A stretch of 55,355 nt of DNA, filler included, from Sphacelaria rigidula (GCA_964200075.2; 5 parts of 5 records of this genome joined end to end with filler, not necessarily neighbours in it), one strand, 5' to 3'; positions 17,339 to 35,190 are shown, counted from the first letter of the whole stretch. Notes: generated from the sequence alone by a model not told the origin. Translations and numbers: made by a program.

Positions 17339-19000
17339 AGGATAGTGGCGACGATGGCCACAAGGACGCAGATACAAGCATTCAAAAAGGAGCGGACGAG
17401 GGGCATGCCCAGGTTTCCTGAGCGCGTCCGGCGGAATGATAGCCAGCACACAAAAGAGCCCACTCAAACACGAGCCGGATCTCGACTTACGGATTTGCGA
17501 GTGAAACTGAAAGTGCACGCACGGTTCTGCGTTCAACGCAAATTCTAGAGCTTCTCAACCCTTGTAAGGCTTATATCTGCGAGAGCATGAATGGTATACC
17601 GTTTGTACGTGGAATGTGGATATGCGCATCGTCCAGACCCGCCCTGACGCGACGAGACACCGAATTCTGCCTCGAAGCTTGAAGCTTGCGTCCCTCTGAA
17701 GAGGTCCTGCGTTGAGCTCAGACGAGTAAACGTCCCGTGCCCAGATATCCTCGGAGCATCCACCGTTGTGTGGATTCCCTCAGATCTCGATTTGCTGAGA
17801 CCACGGACATCCCCTCTCTTCGACACAGGCACAGGGATGCTGCGCTTTTGGTCTGTACACGAAGAAGCTCGTGGCCCCCGGGCTTGACCCTCGGTATTTA
17901 ACGAAAATACGTTTAGTTTCACATATGAAACATTCACCAGATGATTACAGTGGCAGCCTTGACGAACCCCCTTGTCTGCGCTTGAGGCACCATTTCGCGC
18001 GTGCTATTTTCGGGACTTCCTCGGTCGGGTGCATCATAGTTGACATCATTGTAATTTCAAGTGATCTTCATGAAATGTACCTACTTTCGCATCGCGTTTA
18101 CAGCCTCCTCCTCGTTGTGCTACACAATTCCAATTTTCCGACGCTCTCTAGCCGTTTCAGCCCAGCCCTCTTGATAACACCTTCTGATCGCCGCGACTAT
18201 CATCGTGCCCTCAGCGCGCTGGTTGCGAAAGTCGGTCCCCCGATTCGCTGTAACCTATACGGTGGCCGCCATTGTGATGCCAGCCGCCGCTAGAGTACGT
18301 CTTGAGCGACACATGGGTTAACCCCTTTTTCGCAGTCGTACGCCTTTCCGATTGCTCTGTAGCCCATGCGATGGCTGCTCAGCGTTGCCTCGCAGCCGGT
18401 ACCTCCTTTGCATCACATCCATCATTCCCCCCTGGCTTGCTGGCTTAGAAATCGCACTTTGCGGCGCCCTCTAGCCCATACTATGGCCGCTTGAAGCAGA
18501 TCTCAGGGCAGTACATCTGTCGCACAAGAGAAGTATGTATTGGTTAGGGGTGCAAGGTAGCCCCTAGATGGGTTGCATTGTATACGCAAGGCATCCTAGG
18601 ACCCTCTATTACAGCTTACAACGGCTACACTAATAATGCAAACTCTCTACGCCACGCCAAGACCATGCATACCTCTTGCTTGTCGAGCCGATTTGCTTTG
18701 CAGAAGAGGAGCGGCAAGCAATGAGCATTGCGTATAGCATGTAGGTTATCCTTGGTAAAGGGTGGGTGATGTCGCATTCAGTGTTCAGCAGTGGTGCAGT
18801 GCAGTTCAGTTATCGTGAGACGATGTGCCATATTTGCCCTCGGATTCGAATGGTTCGGTCGTTCTTTCTTTCTGACCTCGTGTGCTCTTGCGGGAGTATA
18901 GCGTCTTTATCTTTTATAAATCGTCATTGGGCTGAATAATGGTTCGGCAGACCCGCAATCGCATCACCCTATAGCCTTCTATTCAGGGTCATCATCCACC

Positions 19001-20460
19001 CTGTAACATCCCCCCTTAATAGATTTGCCAGGTGTTGTACCAGGTATAACCTATCGAGTTGACATGAAAGGGGTAACTCCATACACACTCCTACATGGCT
19101 TTTCATCGAGGAAGCACGGGATAGAGGCTTGTTTCGGCTGCACCTAGATTCGGCTGCACCCAGATTCGGCTGCTAACCGTTTCGGCTGCACTCATGGGAC
19201 CGGGTAACTTTCTCATCTCCTACTGCATCTCCGAGCTTCAGTAAAACTTTCACCTTTGTTCATCCTGCATGGGGTTCTTCACCTGTAAACCACTCACTCG
19301 GAGGGGGTGCGCGTCTGGTGGCACGGCTTCTGCTACCTAGAGTTTGCAGTTGTCGGTGTGTACTGGATACCACTCACTCTAAACTAACTGCTAATTTTAC
19401 GCAATTCCCCCCTGCTGAATTTCAACCACACGTTGTTCGGGTATTTCACGCGCTCGTATGAATCAAAGTAATCATATAGCTCACCTGTCTCTACTCTATC
19501 GCCGACGTTCCCGGGACGTGTCTTCTGATGCTTGCACTCCGTCTCTGTCGGGCCTTTTGCTTGTTTCCCTGTTTGGCTTCTAGGACTACCTTCACCTGGT
19601 CTGGTTCACGTTTTAATGTTTGTTTCACGAAATTCTCTAGACCTAACGCGGTGTCAGTGCCACTCATTTCTCGTACAAGAGTGTTTACGGCAGCCGGGAG
19701 AGTACGCTTGTAGAGTGTTTGAAATGGGGGCATGTTGGAAGGGACGGATGGATCTGGGGGTGTACGTTTGGTCCAACACATTGGGTCTACGTACCCGTCC
19801 CACTTGTCCCTGCCCTCTCAACGGTACCTTGACCTCTTGGGTGATGTGCGGGACGGTAGTCCATCGATATCTCAAGCCATCTACATGAATACCTCACTCA
19901 TAATGCTGCCGGCTCCCCTCTTTTTGGCTGAAAATTAGTCTAGGCATAACGGAGGTTTGACACAGAGTCAATAGTAGGATGCGGGCCACCGGTATCGACT
20001 CTTTCGTCGGTCGGGGGCAGGCAAGAGGTTTCGGTGCCCAGTCAATAACCTTTGGTATGTCTCGAATACCGGGTGTACATATGCAGTGAGTGTCCTGGAA
20101 GTCGATCTCCAGAATCAACCAGGGCTACAAAAGGCAAATCTTTAGCATCGTCAGAAGTGGAGACCGGCCTTTTCCTAGCGTCTGCAACCGTATGATCGAG
20201 CGTACTTGCGGCAGTCCCTGTTCGTACTGTTCGGGCAGAAATGATCCTGCAAATATAGCATGGTGTGTGCAAATTCAGTCTGCGCGTATCTAGTGTGTAC
20301 CAGTGCTGTCAGGTCACAAACCAGTTGTCGCTGGATGACTAAAGTTGACATATGCTCATCACCGGTACCCACAACAGACAAAGATCGTCCCTGGTGTAGC
20401 ACTCTGAAAAGCATTCTTACAGCCTTTCCTCTTCGTATCGTTGAATAGAGCAGCTCGTGT
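19001..20460 (-). mobile_element. Degenerate Ty3/gypsy LTR retrotransposon: integrase remnant and polypurine tract
   Basis: Frameshifted minus-strand peptides ILEIDFQD, PTKESIPVARILLLTLC...PRLIFS, DYRPAHHPRGQGTVERAG (rve HPxGxGxVER motif) and KWDGYVDPMCWTKRTPPDP...PF. AAGGGGGGA followed by TGTTAC at 19018-19003 resembles a PPT plus 3' LTR start. Confidence 0.7.
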
Positions 20461-22017
20461 TCGGTCAAGTTGGGGACTGTTGTTTCTTTTCTCCCCCCAC
20501 CTCCTTCTTTTTTACACTATCTTTTAATAACTACACTGGGTAAATGGGGGAAAGTGCTGATAGCGTTGGGGTTTTGGATATGAAACTGAACGAATCCGGA
20601 ACACAACCCTGAGGTGTTCAATACTCCTGACAAATTACTGCAATAAGCGACTATATCTGGTTCAACACTTCCAGACATGAAATGCTATGAGGACGATCGT
20701 TCTCAAATCTTGTAAACAGTACAGCCAAAGGATAGCGTAGCTCCACAACACCCAAACGCATACGTTGTAAGACGGAAAAATAGAAGAATAACTCGATGAA
20801 CAGATCTGGAATATATTTACATAAAAATATTACATGAGTTGACAGTAATGTAACAGGATATTGTGTCGGATACCAGTACTTCCAACATGATCGAGTCGTG
20901 ACGATGGAGTCGCGATACGGTCTTGATATACCACACCGTTAAAGAAAGGACGATTGTCATTCGTTGAGTGTGAAGGTACAGTGAAAGCAACATAATAAAA
21001 TAAATGAAACACAGAAGCATCCACACTCGAGATAAATACTGTAACACCAGAGTGAAGCGTGGCACGCACAATGGACTAATGGCGGTAGCGACAGTTACGA
21101 AAGCGATTATCATAGCCCTTGGCAATATAAGATAAGATACGCGATGTTCCGTCACACCTAACAGTTAGTCCTGTTATGTAAACAGAAGACGTACAGCAAT
21201 CACCCAACCAAGCAAACCACTAAATGGTATTCAACGCGGACGCATACCGTCCTCGATGTACCGTGCTTTCGCGTCCCGGCGTGGCCTGGTGGAGGATGTA
21301 CGGTCGCCACCGCATTTAGCGCCGTTTCTCTTGAGATGACACATATACCCAGGACAAGGGTGTGGGGTGCAGATAGTAAAGTGTAAGATCAGCACAAGTT
21401 GGGAGCACTGAGTATATGAAGATAAGAGCATGCCCTGGTCTTGTCACTCCTGTCTCGTATTGACTTGGTCCGTGTCGAGCTCTGAATTCGACACATGACT
21501 TGTCATATAAATAAGGGTACGACAAGGGCTCCATCATCCAATGCAATGAGTACAGACATATCAGTAAGCGAGGAAATGTATGTGTGTAGAATATGTACTG
21601 CAAGTAGAATCTCAATTTAAGAAACATGCGAAACCCACTGAAATCGTTATTTTCCAGAAAAGTACGGTCACCGCAAAGATGATATCCGATGATGCCGTAC
21701 AAGCGAAAACACAAGGGTGGCAAACACAAACACGATCGAATATAGCTAGCAAGGTTCTTCACGAAAGACAATATCACACTCCTCACAAGCTAAATTGTCA
21801 CCGCAAGTATGAAACCCTGTGGTGTACGGGCAGCGAGAGCGTCGGTAAGGTGTGAAGCCTGACGCAGGGGTCGTCGCGGGGAAAAGCCCAAGAGCATTGC
21901 GGATGAGTGGCAATTCAGATTGTGTTGTTGTCATCACATGTGCTCTTCTCCAGAGTTTTAGAGCTCGTGATCGTGAAGCTGTTGTTGCATGAGATGCAAG
22001 AGTGGTAACCTGTTTTT

Positions 22018-22084
22018 GAGTGATGCTACGGTAGGGGTACAGAAATAATTTCTGAGGTTAGAATTGTTAGGAGCCCCTTATCTT
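22018..22084. mobile_element. Truncated terminus of TGATGCTACGGTAGGG-family element at contig end
   Basis: GAGTGATGCTACGGTAGGGGTACAG matches the TIR of 790-1047 and runs into the linker. Confidence 0.65.
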
Positions 22085-22184
22085 NNNNNNNNNNNNNNNN
22101 NNNNNNNNNNNNNNNNNNNNNNNNNNNNTTAATTAATTAANNNNNNNNNNNNNNNNNNNNNNNNNNNNNNNNNNNNNNNNNNNN
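22085..22184. other. Artificial contig linker
   Basis: 44N-TTAATTAATTAA-44N. Confidence 0.97.
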
Positions 22185-22261
22185 CCCACGTCAGCTTCCC
22201 CCCTTCCCTCCTCCGGCCCTTTCCGCTCTTGTTTGGCGCAGATGGCGGGTCCCCTCGTGCT

Positions 22262-23185
22262 CCCCCCCCCCCCCCCTCCTCTTCAAGGGTTGGCGTCGGT
22301 TGGCAATGACGCTGTAAAACATGCCACTTAGGTAGGCAACCAGGTTACCGAGGGGGGTTTCGCTTGCGTTCTCTGTGCGATAATCATGATGATGGTCGAG
22401 CAAGACCATATTGTGTGGTGAGAGAAGCTCAACTCTACGCAAAGGGGATGATCATACTGCGTGGTGATTGAATGGTGAGATACCAATGAGGCAGTTTGTA
22501 ACCCATGGCGGTCATGTTAGTAAAGACGGAACCCAGTACATCCTATAGTAACAAAGCATTGTCGGCACCCCTGGAGATGTTACAAGTGCCCGAAACGAAG
22601 GCCATGTCCTTCGAGGGTCCGAACTCTTGGACAAAGCGAAGCTGAACAAAATCCCTAGCTGTATGCCCCCCCCCGCCTGGTCCGGCGAAAACCCGACGTG
22701 CTCCGTCCTGGCTTTGTAGGGACGGACGCCTATGGGGTTGGCGTCGGTTGGCAATGACGTCTTGAAACACGCCACTCACTGCGTAAGCTAGGCAATCAGG
22801 CTACCGTTTTTTAACGGTAACCATGACGGTGGTATAGCTTGATCATATTGCACGGGGTGGGAGAACGTCGATCTCGCGCAAAGGCGATGATCGTACTATG
22901 AGTGTTCATATGGCGAGACACCCATGAGGCGGTGTGGAACCCGTGGCTGTCTCTGGAAGTGGCGACACCAGAAAATGAGGCAACTCATGGGAGGCTGCCA
23001 TCCATATGCAAAATATCAGTACGCTTCGGGCCAAACAATTTTAGCATGATGCAGCTGCTCACCCTTCATGCGACTCGCTGAATACATCACGGTGCTTTGC
23101 GCTGGGTGATTGATTGCGAGCCTGGTCTGGCGAAACCCGGCGTGCTCCGTCCCGGCTTTGTAGGGATGCAAGGTCATTGGTCATG
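22262..23185 (+). mobile_element. Two head-to-tail copies (first one rearranged) of the ~0.55-0.6 kb repeat
   Basis: GGGTTGGCGTCGGTTGGCAATGACG starts at ~22287 and again at ~22735; each unit ends in GTGCTCCGTC(C)nGGCTTTGTAGGGA. Confidence 0.8.
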
Positions 23186-23250
23186 GAACGGTTCTCCGTC
23201 TCGAAATGAGTGCCTGGATGTTGGAGGTGTCTCTATGAGGAGTAGGAACG

Positions 23251-23322
23251 GTGCTCCGTCTCGAAGGAGATGCGTGGTCGATGATCAAACGACTAAGGCA
23301 AGCAACAACTGAGCACGCCCCC
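23251..23322 (+). repeat. ~72-bp poly-C-tailed short element
   Basis: GTGCTCCGTCTCGAAGGAGATGCGTGGTCGATGATCAAACGACTAAGGCAAGCAACAACTGAGCACGCCCCC. Confidence 0.85.
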
Positions 23323-23376
23323 TTTGCCTCTCTGACCTTCTACGCATGCTCGCCTTCTTCGAACGTCCGCGAACAG

Positions 23377-27689
<4,313 letters not shown>

Positions 27690-29357
27690 GTGAGTGGGTC
27701 GACAGTAGAGGGGGGGGCTCGCCGCGGGAAGCGGGGGAGGGGGAGAAAGCGACCTAAAGTTTTGATCGTATATCTATGGTTAATTGAAAAAAAACTAACA
27801 ATAAAGCTAACGCTAACCCTAACCCTAGCCCCGAACCAAGGCGCACGAGACCCTCGGGCAAGGGGGGTGCATAGCTTCCCCTATAGGCAAAGGGTGCGTT
27901 GGCAGACCTGACAAAAACACGCCCTGGACGAGCTGTATCCACTGCTCACCTGCCCCAAACCATAACTTTTCTCAGAACCTTCTCGAGTCTAAAATTAAGT
28001 AGGGTGAAAACGACTGGAGTTGTTCTTGGTGATTATCAGGGAAGTGTTGGGGACGAATATTTGGGGGGAGGAGGGGTTGCACATACAGGGGATCAGCGAA
28101 AAAAATGAGCATGGCGCATACGAACGATCCTGAAGACTCTCGGACAGCGGTGGCTCCTGGTGTTTCGAAGCCCTAATATCAATATTCAACGCGAGGCATT
28201 GTGTAAGAAACTTCTGGGTTATCGGATGCGCATGGCTACCTCTGTCTTCACTTTATTTCTTCGAGGAAAAGAGGGAACAAATACACGAACCTGCCGAATG
28301 AACCTTTCGAATGAACCTTTCGGAAGATTTCGGGCGTGGCCTTTGACCAGCGATACATATACCTAATTATTGGCATCACTACCACCATTGTTGCCGTTGA
28401 AAATTGGACCTGAAGAATGATATCAAGAGATGTGTGTTAACCCCTGCCCATATTGGTATAGACCGTGCTTATTTCAAAGCGTAGTACTGGGATTCGGAAA
28501 ATACTCCGTCTTTCCTCACGTCCATTACTGAGAATTCGTGATGGAAACATATCTTGCAGGGGGAAATAGCGATAAACCGCGATAAACGTTTCACTTGGAT
28601 CCCCCGTCGAAACAGTTGAGCTCCGTTCTTTGAGGCCTTGGGCAGTGACTTACTCCCTAATCTCGGCACCTCGCGTCACTCCTCGCCTACCTCGTCTACC
28701 TCGCGAAGGTCGGACGGGGTCTCTACCCCACCCGGATAGTCACCTCATATATACATAATATTCATTAAAGTGCCAACAGCCTCATGGCCGTCGATCTTTT
28801 TATAATCGATGCAATTTTGATGCATCTTCAAACCTCATGGGTCCCCCTTATTTATGTTGTGTCGCTAAGTATATCGTGCATGCCACACCTCGGACTATGA
28901 AGGCTTCGGGATATCTACAACAGGAGGATTTTCGCCGTGAAAAATCAAGCCATAAAACGCTCGGAGTCAGAGGTTATTATAGCAACAACGATTCGAGGGA
29001 CTCGCTGAGCTCCATGAGCACAGGCTGAGATCTGCGGTCTGCAGAAGGGGCGCACGGCAAGGTCATGAGAGAGGAGGAATTCTTATGACCGTCCTCTTGT
29101 ACAAAACAAAATCTCCGTCCGAACGAGCACCCACATGGTCACTGATCAATTCATAAAGTAGCACTGGGTACGCCTTCCTTTCTCGCCAGGGCGCACCCAT
29201 GGCAGATGTTTGGGGAGGGGGGGGGGGGGGGAAATTGAGGGTTATAGGGTCAATATGCCAGACAAAGCCTGTTTTTTTTCNNNNNNNNNNACCTCCACAG
29301 ATAAACAAATTTCTTAAAAACTCACGCGGGTGCCCCCCCCGTTCCCGCCCGGGGGCG

Positions 29358-29395
<38 letters not shown>

Positions 29396-31425
29396 AAATT
29401 GAGTGTTATAAGGTCAATATGCCAGAAATAGCCTGTTTTTCTTCATTCTGCAGGTATTTCGGTCGCTCAGGCACGTGCGTGCCCGACGATGATGGTATGA
29501 TACACGGTGTCTTCTACCACAATACAAGCACAGGCTATACTCCACGGGGGAGAGAGTATTTCCTGAGTTCATCTGATGGGTTACAGGCGCCGCGCACCAC
29601 GGGGAAATATGAACTTCGGCCGAGGCTTGATGTCTCAATTGTGGAAATGGTGGTCTACATCATTCCCCCGCTAAATTACACAGGAGCGAGGGCACGGTTT
29701 CTAATTAAGTCTAATATCTTAAGCCCTTGACGGTGATCCTCGGGATCGCAGTATCGCTGCCTGACAGCCCGGGGAGGGTGGAGGGAGAGTTTTCCGCCTC
29801 AACCGAAGTTCTTTCCAGATCCACCATGAGTGTTCTCAGGAAACGGGTCGAGAAGCCTGCCCAGACGAGAGGAGAGCAATGCCACGGTGGGGGTTGCACG
29901 TTTTTAGCGAAAACTTTTCTCGTGGCTGCTTGGGGGCGTTGGACGGATCATTTTGAGAATCAGCATCATTTTTACTTCAAAAAGACTGAAAATGGTGCCG
30001 ATTCACGAAACGCCCCCTGAGTACAAACACCATGTCTCTTGGAACCCGGTCCCCGGAGATCTGGGTTGCACAGTAAACCCCATATATTTGGGCTCCTACA
30101 AAAAATAGACCCAGGAACAAAAAGTGCAAACTCTACCGTAGCCCCTGATCAGGAGAGTCAAAACTTTAGTGGTCTTGATCGCTTGGTCCATCGTGCTCCA
30201 TTATAGATGGTCTGTCTTCGCCTTCCCTCGCAACTAGGCTGTGCTTCAACAAAAATGTGACGGCCATTGGGCTATTCAAGCACACGAAGGCAATGGGCAC
30301 TGTTCGCTCGTCGCGCAGTCTCCGCGAGCTGCCTGCAAACTCATATGCCGTCAAGGTGATTGAACGCTGTCAAAAGAAAAGCACAAGCAAGTACAGATGA
30401 AAAACAGCGCGGACCCTCTGCGGTGGAGAGCAACGCTCGTGACAAACCCATAGTGTTGAACTGTTGAATTTAGCTGCCGATGAACAAGGTCTGTCTGTGT
30501 GTGTACGGTACAGCGGCCCCACAGTACAGTGCAATGCGTATGCTCGAGGCTATGCACATGAGGTGAAACGGCGAAATATGTGCCAGCAGAGCATCGACAA
30601 TGTCAAGATTCCCGTATACATGGCCGTTGTTTGCGTGTATCGCAACAGCAGTGGCAATCAAACCAATCGAACCAATACATCAGTGGCAACCAGGGCGCAC
30701 CACTTGCACAACATGGAAGCATGGACGCCCACGGAAAGCTCAACGGGGACATCCCTTCTCTCGGGTTGATTCAAAGTAGTTCAGGAGTTCTTGTGAGGTA
30801 GCTTCTATCCGAATGGCCGCGTTGTGTCGATGGAGAAGCAACAGGTGGTCCGTCCGTGCACGTATTTCTTATGAAAAAGAAAGGTCACCGAAGCATACTC
30901 TCTTCTGTTGCTTTCGTGTTTATGTGAGTATTACCACACAGAAGAGGTAAATCTCACAAGCGCTTGTCGAGAAATAACCGCTTCACATTGGCGACACCAT
31001 GGGATAACTCGTACGCTCCATGAACACGAGGTCCCGAATGCACGACTCACGCCATAGGAGGGGAAAATTCCCACAAGTGTCCGTGGAGGAATCACCTTTT
31101 CACATTCCTTTACAACAACCCGCGTCATGTGAAACACAGAAGGATCATTGTCCACATCACTCTCATGATGGGAGAAAATCGCAGCATGGCATTATGGCTT
31201 ATGTGAGAAACCCTTGTATGATCCAGTAGTACGAACGCTGCATCGTTGAAAGCTGAAAGGAAAAGAAAATGTATTTTGTACTCAAATTTCTCTGTGATGA
31301 CATACGCATGGATGGATAAGAACAATAGTGCTTTACAACGATGCTAACAAGTGTAAATTGCCATCGATACATCGGGCATGGTACTGTAGCGGCAGCGCTT
31401 TCTCTTTCCCCTCTGTAAGTTACCA

Positions 31426-32369
31426 CCCCCTATAGGGTTGGCGTCGGTTGGTAATGATGGTGTAAGACAGCCCTTTCACTGCGTAAGCTAGGCAACCAGG
31501 TTACTGAGTTTTCTTGCGCACTTGGGTTTTTCTTTGCGGTAATCATTACAGCTCGGAAATGGTTTGTCCAACCATTAACCAGTTGAATGGTTACGCGTAG
31601 CGCACTCATTAACCAATTAAATGGTACATAATGGTTTGGTCATCGAGCGGCGCAGCCGCGAGTCAAAACGCCCCCCTCGGCAGAGGGACCCCCGCCGGAG
31701 GCACCCCCGGAGGGCCCCGCTGGAGGCGCCATGCGGGAGGCACGTTCTTACGTGATTTGGCTTCACTAGAGCTGAAAAGAACGTGAAATTTGGGTCAACT
31801 TTCAAGGGCTGCATGTCGCATACGTAGCCGGTAACGGCTAATAAAGCCGGTAACGGTAAATAATGGTTTGAAACCATTATCACAAATTTTCATATAACCA
31901 TTACCATTATTACCATTATAATGATAATGGACAGTTATAACTGGTACCATTTCCGAGCTCTAGTAATCATTATGGTGGTAGAGCTATATCATATTGTGCG
32001 GAGTGGGAGAACCTCGATCCCGCGCAAAGGTGATGATCATACTACGTAGCGCTCAAATGATGAGACACCCATGAGTCAGTGTGTGTGGGCTGTCTCTAGA
32101 AGTGGAGATACCAGAAAATGAAAGAACTCATTCTGGAGACTGTCATCCAAATGCATAATCTGTACGCTTCGGGCCGAATAATCTCAGCAGGATGCAGCTC
32201 GCACTTCATGCAACTCGCCGAACACATAACGGCACTTCGCGCTTGGTGGTTGGTTGCGAGCCTGGTCCGACGAAAACCCGGCGTGCTCCGTCTCGACGTT
32301 TTAGGGACGCGAAGTTAATGGTGTCATGACTACTGCATGCAAGATCATCAGTTCACCCCCCTCTCTAGG
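31426..32369 (+). mobile_element. ~0.55 kb repeat copy interrupted by a hAT-type MITE
   Basis: CCCCCTATAGGGTTGGCGTCGGTTGG at the start; the body resumes at 31963 and ends GTGCTCCGTC...CAGTTCACCCCCC. Confidence 0.8.
31547..31962. mobile_element. Non-autonomous hAT-like DNA transposon (MITE)
   Basis: TIRs TACAGCTCGGAAATGGT and ACCATTTCCGAGCTCTA; perfect 8-bp target-site duplication GTAATCAT (31539-31546 and 31963-31970). No ORF. Confidence 0.85.
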
Positions 32370-32702
32370 TCACCAATCCAGCAGATGATCAGGCAGCGAA
32401 GGGGGTAGGTAGGTATGTTTAAAATGAGCACAAGTTTTCTACCAGCACTAGAGGGCACTACCTCTCGACGCAGGCCGCCGGAAATATATGGTGTCCTTCA
32501 CCTGCGAATTGGTGAAGGAGCAGCGAGACTTGCTATGTATAATTCACGAGTGACTCACTCGTCGCGAGTCCGCAGTGGCGAGTCGAGGGCAAGTCCCTTG
32601 AACATCAAACATTGAGCGGGGCCCAAGGCCATCAAAAGTCCAGGAGCAGTGCACCTCCCCTTGTGTCGAAACGTTCGTTATTGAAGCCGCAGAGAAGGGA
32701 GT

Positions 32703-32778
32703 GGGGGACGGTGTGCTCATTTGTTGCATGCCTTAGTCGTTTGACCTTTGACCACGCATCCCTTTGTAGACTGAGCAC
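32703..32778 (-). repeat. ~72-bp short element (diverged copy)
   Basis: GTGTGCTCATTTGTTGCATGCCTTAGTCGTTTGACCTTTGACCACGCATCCCTTTGTAGACTGAGCAC. Confidence 0.8.
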
Positions 32779-32916
32779 CACTCCTACTCCTAATAGAAAC
32801 ACCTCCAACATTCCGGCGCTCATTACGTTTCTTTCACACACTACACAATAACTGTACATATCTTATCCCCGCCCTGTTTCACCGTCTTTGGCCATCATCT
32901 ATCTCCTAGTAGAGGC

Positions 32917-32991
32917 GGGGGGGGGCGTACTCATTTGTTGCCTGCCTTAGTCGTTGGATCATTGACCACGCATCCCTTTCGAGACGGAGCA
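32917..32991 (-). repeat. ~72-bp short element with 7-bp flanking duplication
   Basis: Consensus match; TAGTAGA at 32907-32913 and 32992-32998. Confidence 0.85.
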
Positions 32992-33096
32992 TAGTAGACG
33001 GTCTTGCACTACACCAGAACTGAGTCGTTTACGAAGCGTACGAAGAGCGACAACGTGGTAACCATTGAGCACTCTAAGCTAAGTAGTTGGTTCCCA

Positions 33097-33176
33097 CGAG
33101 TGATGCTACGGTAGGGGGGGGGGATTTTGCCCCATTTTTTCCGCGAATTTCCACGTCGAATTGTCGTTGGAAGCAG
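33097..33176. mobile_element. Truncated terminus of TGATGCTACGGTAGGG-family element at contig end
   Basis: CGAGTGATGCTACGGTAGGG is the exact reverse complement of 1028-1047. Confidence 0.65.
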
Positions 33177-33276
33177 NNNNNNNNNNNNNNNNNNNNNNNN
33201 NNNNNNNNNNNNNNNNNNNNTTAATTAATTAANNNNNNNNNNNNNNNNNNNNNNNNNNNNNNNNNNNNNNNNNNNN
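33177..33276. other. Artificial contig linker
   Basis: 44N-TTAATTAATTAA-44N. Confidence 0.97.
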
Positions 33277-34459
33277 ACTCCAACTACTGGCCGGCGCATC
33301 CGCCTGCAAACTTTCATGCAGCCTCTAGGCTGGCCCAGCTCGTAGTCCTCTGCGTCTTTGGCGCTGCCCTTGCTCACCTTTTTGATTTTTTTTGTTTCTT
33401 GACGTGCTTCCAACCTACCCATGGAGGATAGGGGTTGGGTGCGAGAGAAGTGTAATGTACTAGGATTCAAATCAGTCTCGTGGACCTGTCTCTCTCCCCC
33501 CTGTCCTTCGGACGCGGCTTTGTAGTCTCAAGGGATCAACCCATCTCTTCCCCGGTACCCGCCTGACAAACTACCATCGAGCGTTGGATGATGACCATCA
33601 CCACTAGCGCAGCCCTTGAAATTTGATCATAATTATTGCATAGAAAAAAGGTATGGTCATGCTCTTGTGTAGCTGTGCCTTGTACACGGTGTAGGCTTTC
33701 AGTCCCGTGGGACCCGTTTATTTTTGCGTGATATTTGACTCAGGGTTTTTGTGTTGCCTTGACTGCGGGGGTGGAGTGAACGTTTTGGACAGGCATTTCA
33801 AGCGCGTCTTCGCGGAACTCTGCGAGCAGAGCAGACGGCAACCATTTGATTTCTTTTTTTGCGTGTTTTCTGAGAGATTGACTCAGTTTCGTCATATTAT
33901 CATGTTTCTTTCATAATACAGTGAAAACCTAGGTGACACGCTGTGCTACATCAACAGGGAGACCACGGAATATGAACGATGAAAATGACGGGGAAAACAG
34001 TGAAACCCGGAAGTCATGATTTTTGTACTCGGCTGTCAAATTTTGTGCATAAAAAAAGCGGCCGACGCCCGAGGTAGTAAACTCGGCAACAGCTTCGTGA
34101 CCGTAATCCATTAGCACGCAACGATGCGAGTCCTCGCAGCGCTACAGTACGGTACTCTGCTTGTGCAGCCGTTCTACAATCGCACTGCTTACACTGAAAC
34201 AAAAAAGTGACTGGTTGTTCAGGACGCCGTTCCGTACGTATGCTGATGCGTCTGCCTACCTCTTCCTCAGCGCGTTAATTGACAATCGCTGCGATGTTGG
34301 GTATCACCGGCGAAGACATTATAAGCTCTGACCCGTGCATATTCTGTTCAGCATTCGTCACCTCAAAACAGATGATGACTCACTTTTGAATTAAATTAAA
34401 TTCAATTGGATGACTGGAAATTCTTCCGCCCCCACAAAACACGTACTTCTTCGATTGAG

Positions 34460-34643
34460 AATATTCCACACCTTGGACAAATTATGGCCAATAGTTGCAA
34501 TAGACGAGAAACGTACTGCATAAAGTATGGGCCTATTGCGACTGTTGTCGGCCGGCAATAGTTGCAATAGACCCATACGTGATGCAGTACACTTCTCGTC
34601 TATTGCGTCTATTGACCATATATTGTCCAGGGTGTGGAATATT
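34460..34643. mobile_element. ~184-bp palindromic (foldback) MITE, copy 1
   Basis: AATATTCCACACC...GGTGTGGAATATT ends with an imperfect palindrome throughout (CAATAGACGAGAA / TTCTCGTCTATTG). Second copy at 38017-38200. Confidence 0.8.
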
Positions 34644-35190
34644 CCGCTCTTTTTTCTTGTCACACTATTATAATAACCCCTCCCATTCCTTGGGGGACCA
34701 GTCCGTGTTCTCGAGGAATATATGCTCATCTCTGGTCCGGTACACGCCTTACTCTGCGGTATCGCGGATTGGATGACCACTGCCGCACTGCGTCAACTGT
34801 CGTCCAACACACTCGGACAGTCTTCATGCCACTCACGTTCTCACATTTTCACGACGGAAATGAGATACTTTAGAGCAAGAAAGACCAAACTAGACGCATC
34901 TGTCAGGAATCAAACTCGCGTTTTTTTCCGACCTGATGTGAGTCAGTTGTGCCACTACATCACCAGGGTGCGATAGGTTGTGCAAACTCATGTCCGGTTG
35001 CCGGCATCCACTGACTTTCAGTATTGTCTGACGGCGGCGCTGTGGCATGGTGCTATACGCCGGCGTAATGTAATGTGGATATATCCTCGTGGGTCTTTGG
35101 AGTATGGCTCTACATGTGTCAAGGCGTAACCCCTTCACTTTTCGATGTGCCATGTGTCACCGCTGGTATCTTTGCCTCGTTATTTTCCAG

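Noticed and set aside
17545-18500. Possible minus-strand exons or gag remnant downstream of the AKR gene
   Set aside because: In-frame stops, no consistent splice model and no recognisable domain.
27805-27832. TAACCC telomere-like units
   Set aside because: Only 2-4 imperfect units in an intron; too short to call interstitial telomere.
29205-29445. Duplicated poly-G plus AAATTGAG...GTCAATATGCCAGA around a 10-N gap
   Set aside because: Looks like low-quality overlapping read ends at a scaffold gap rather than a true duplication.
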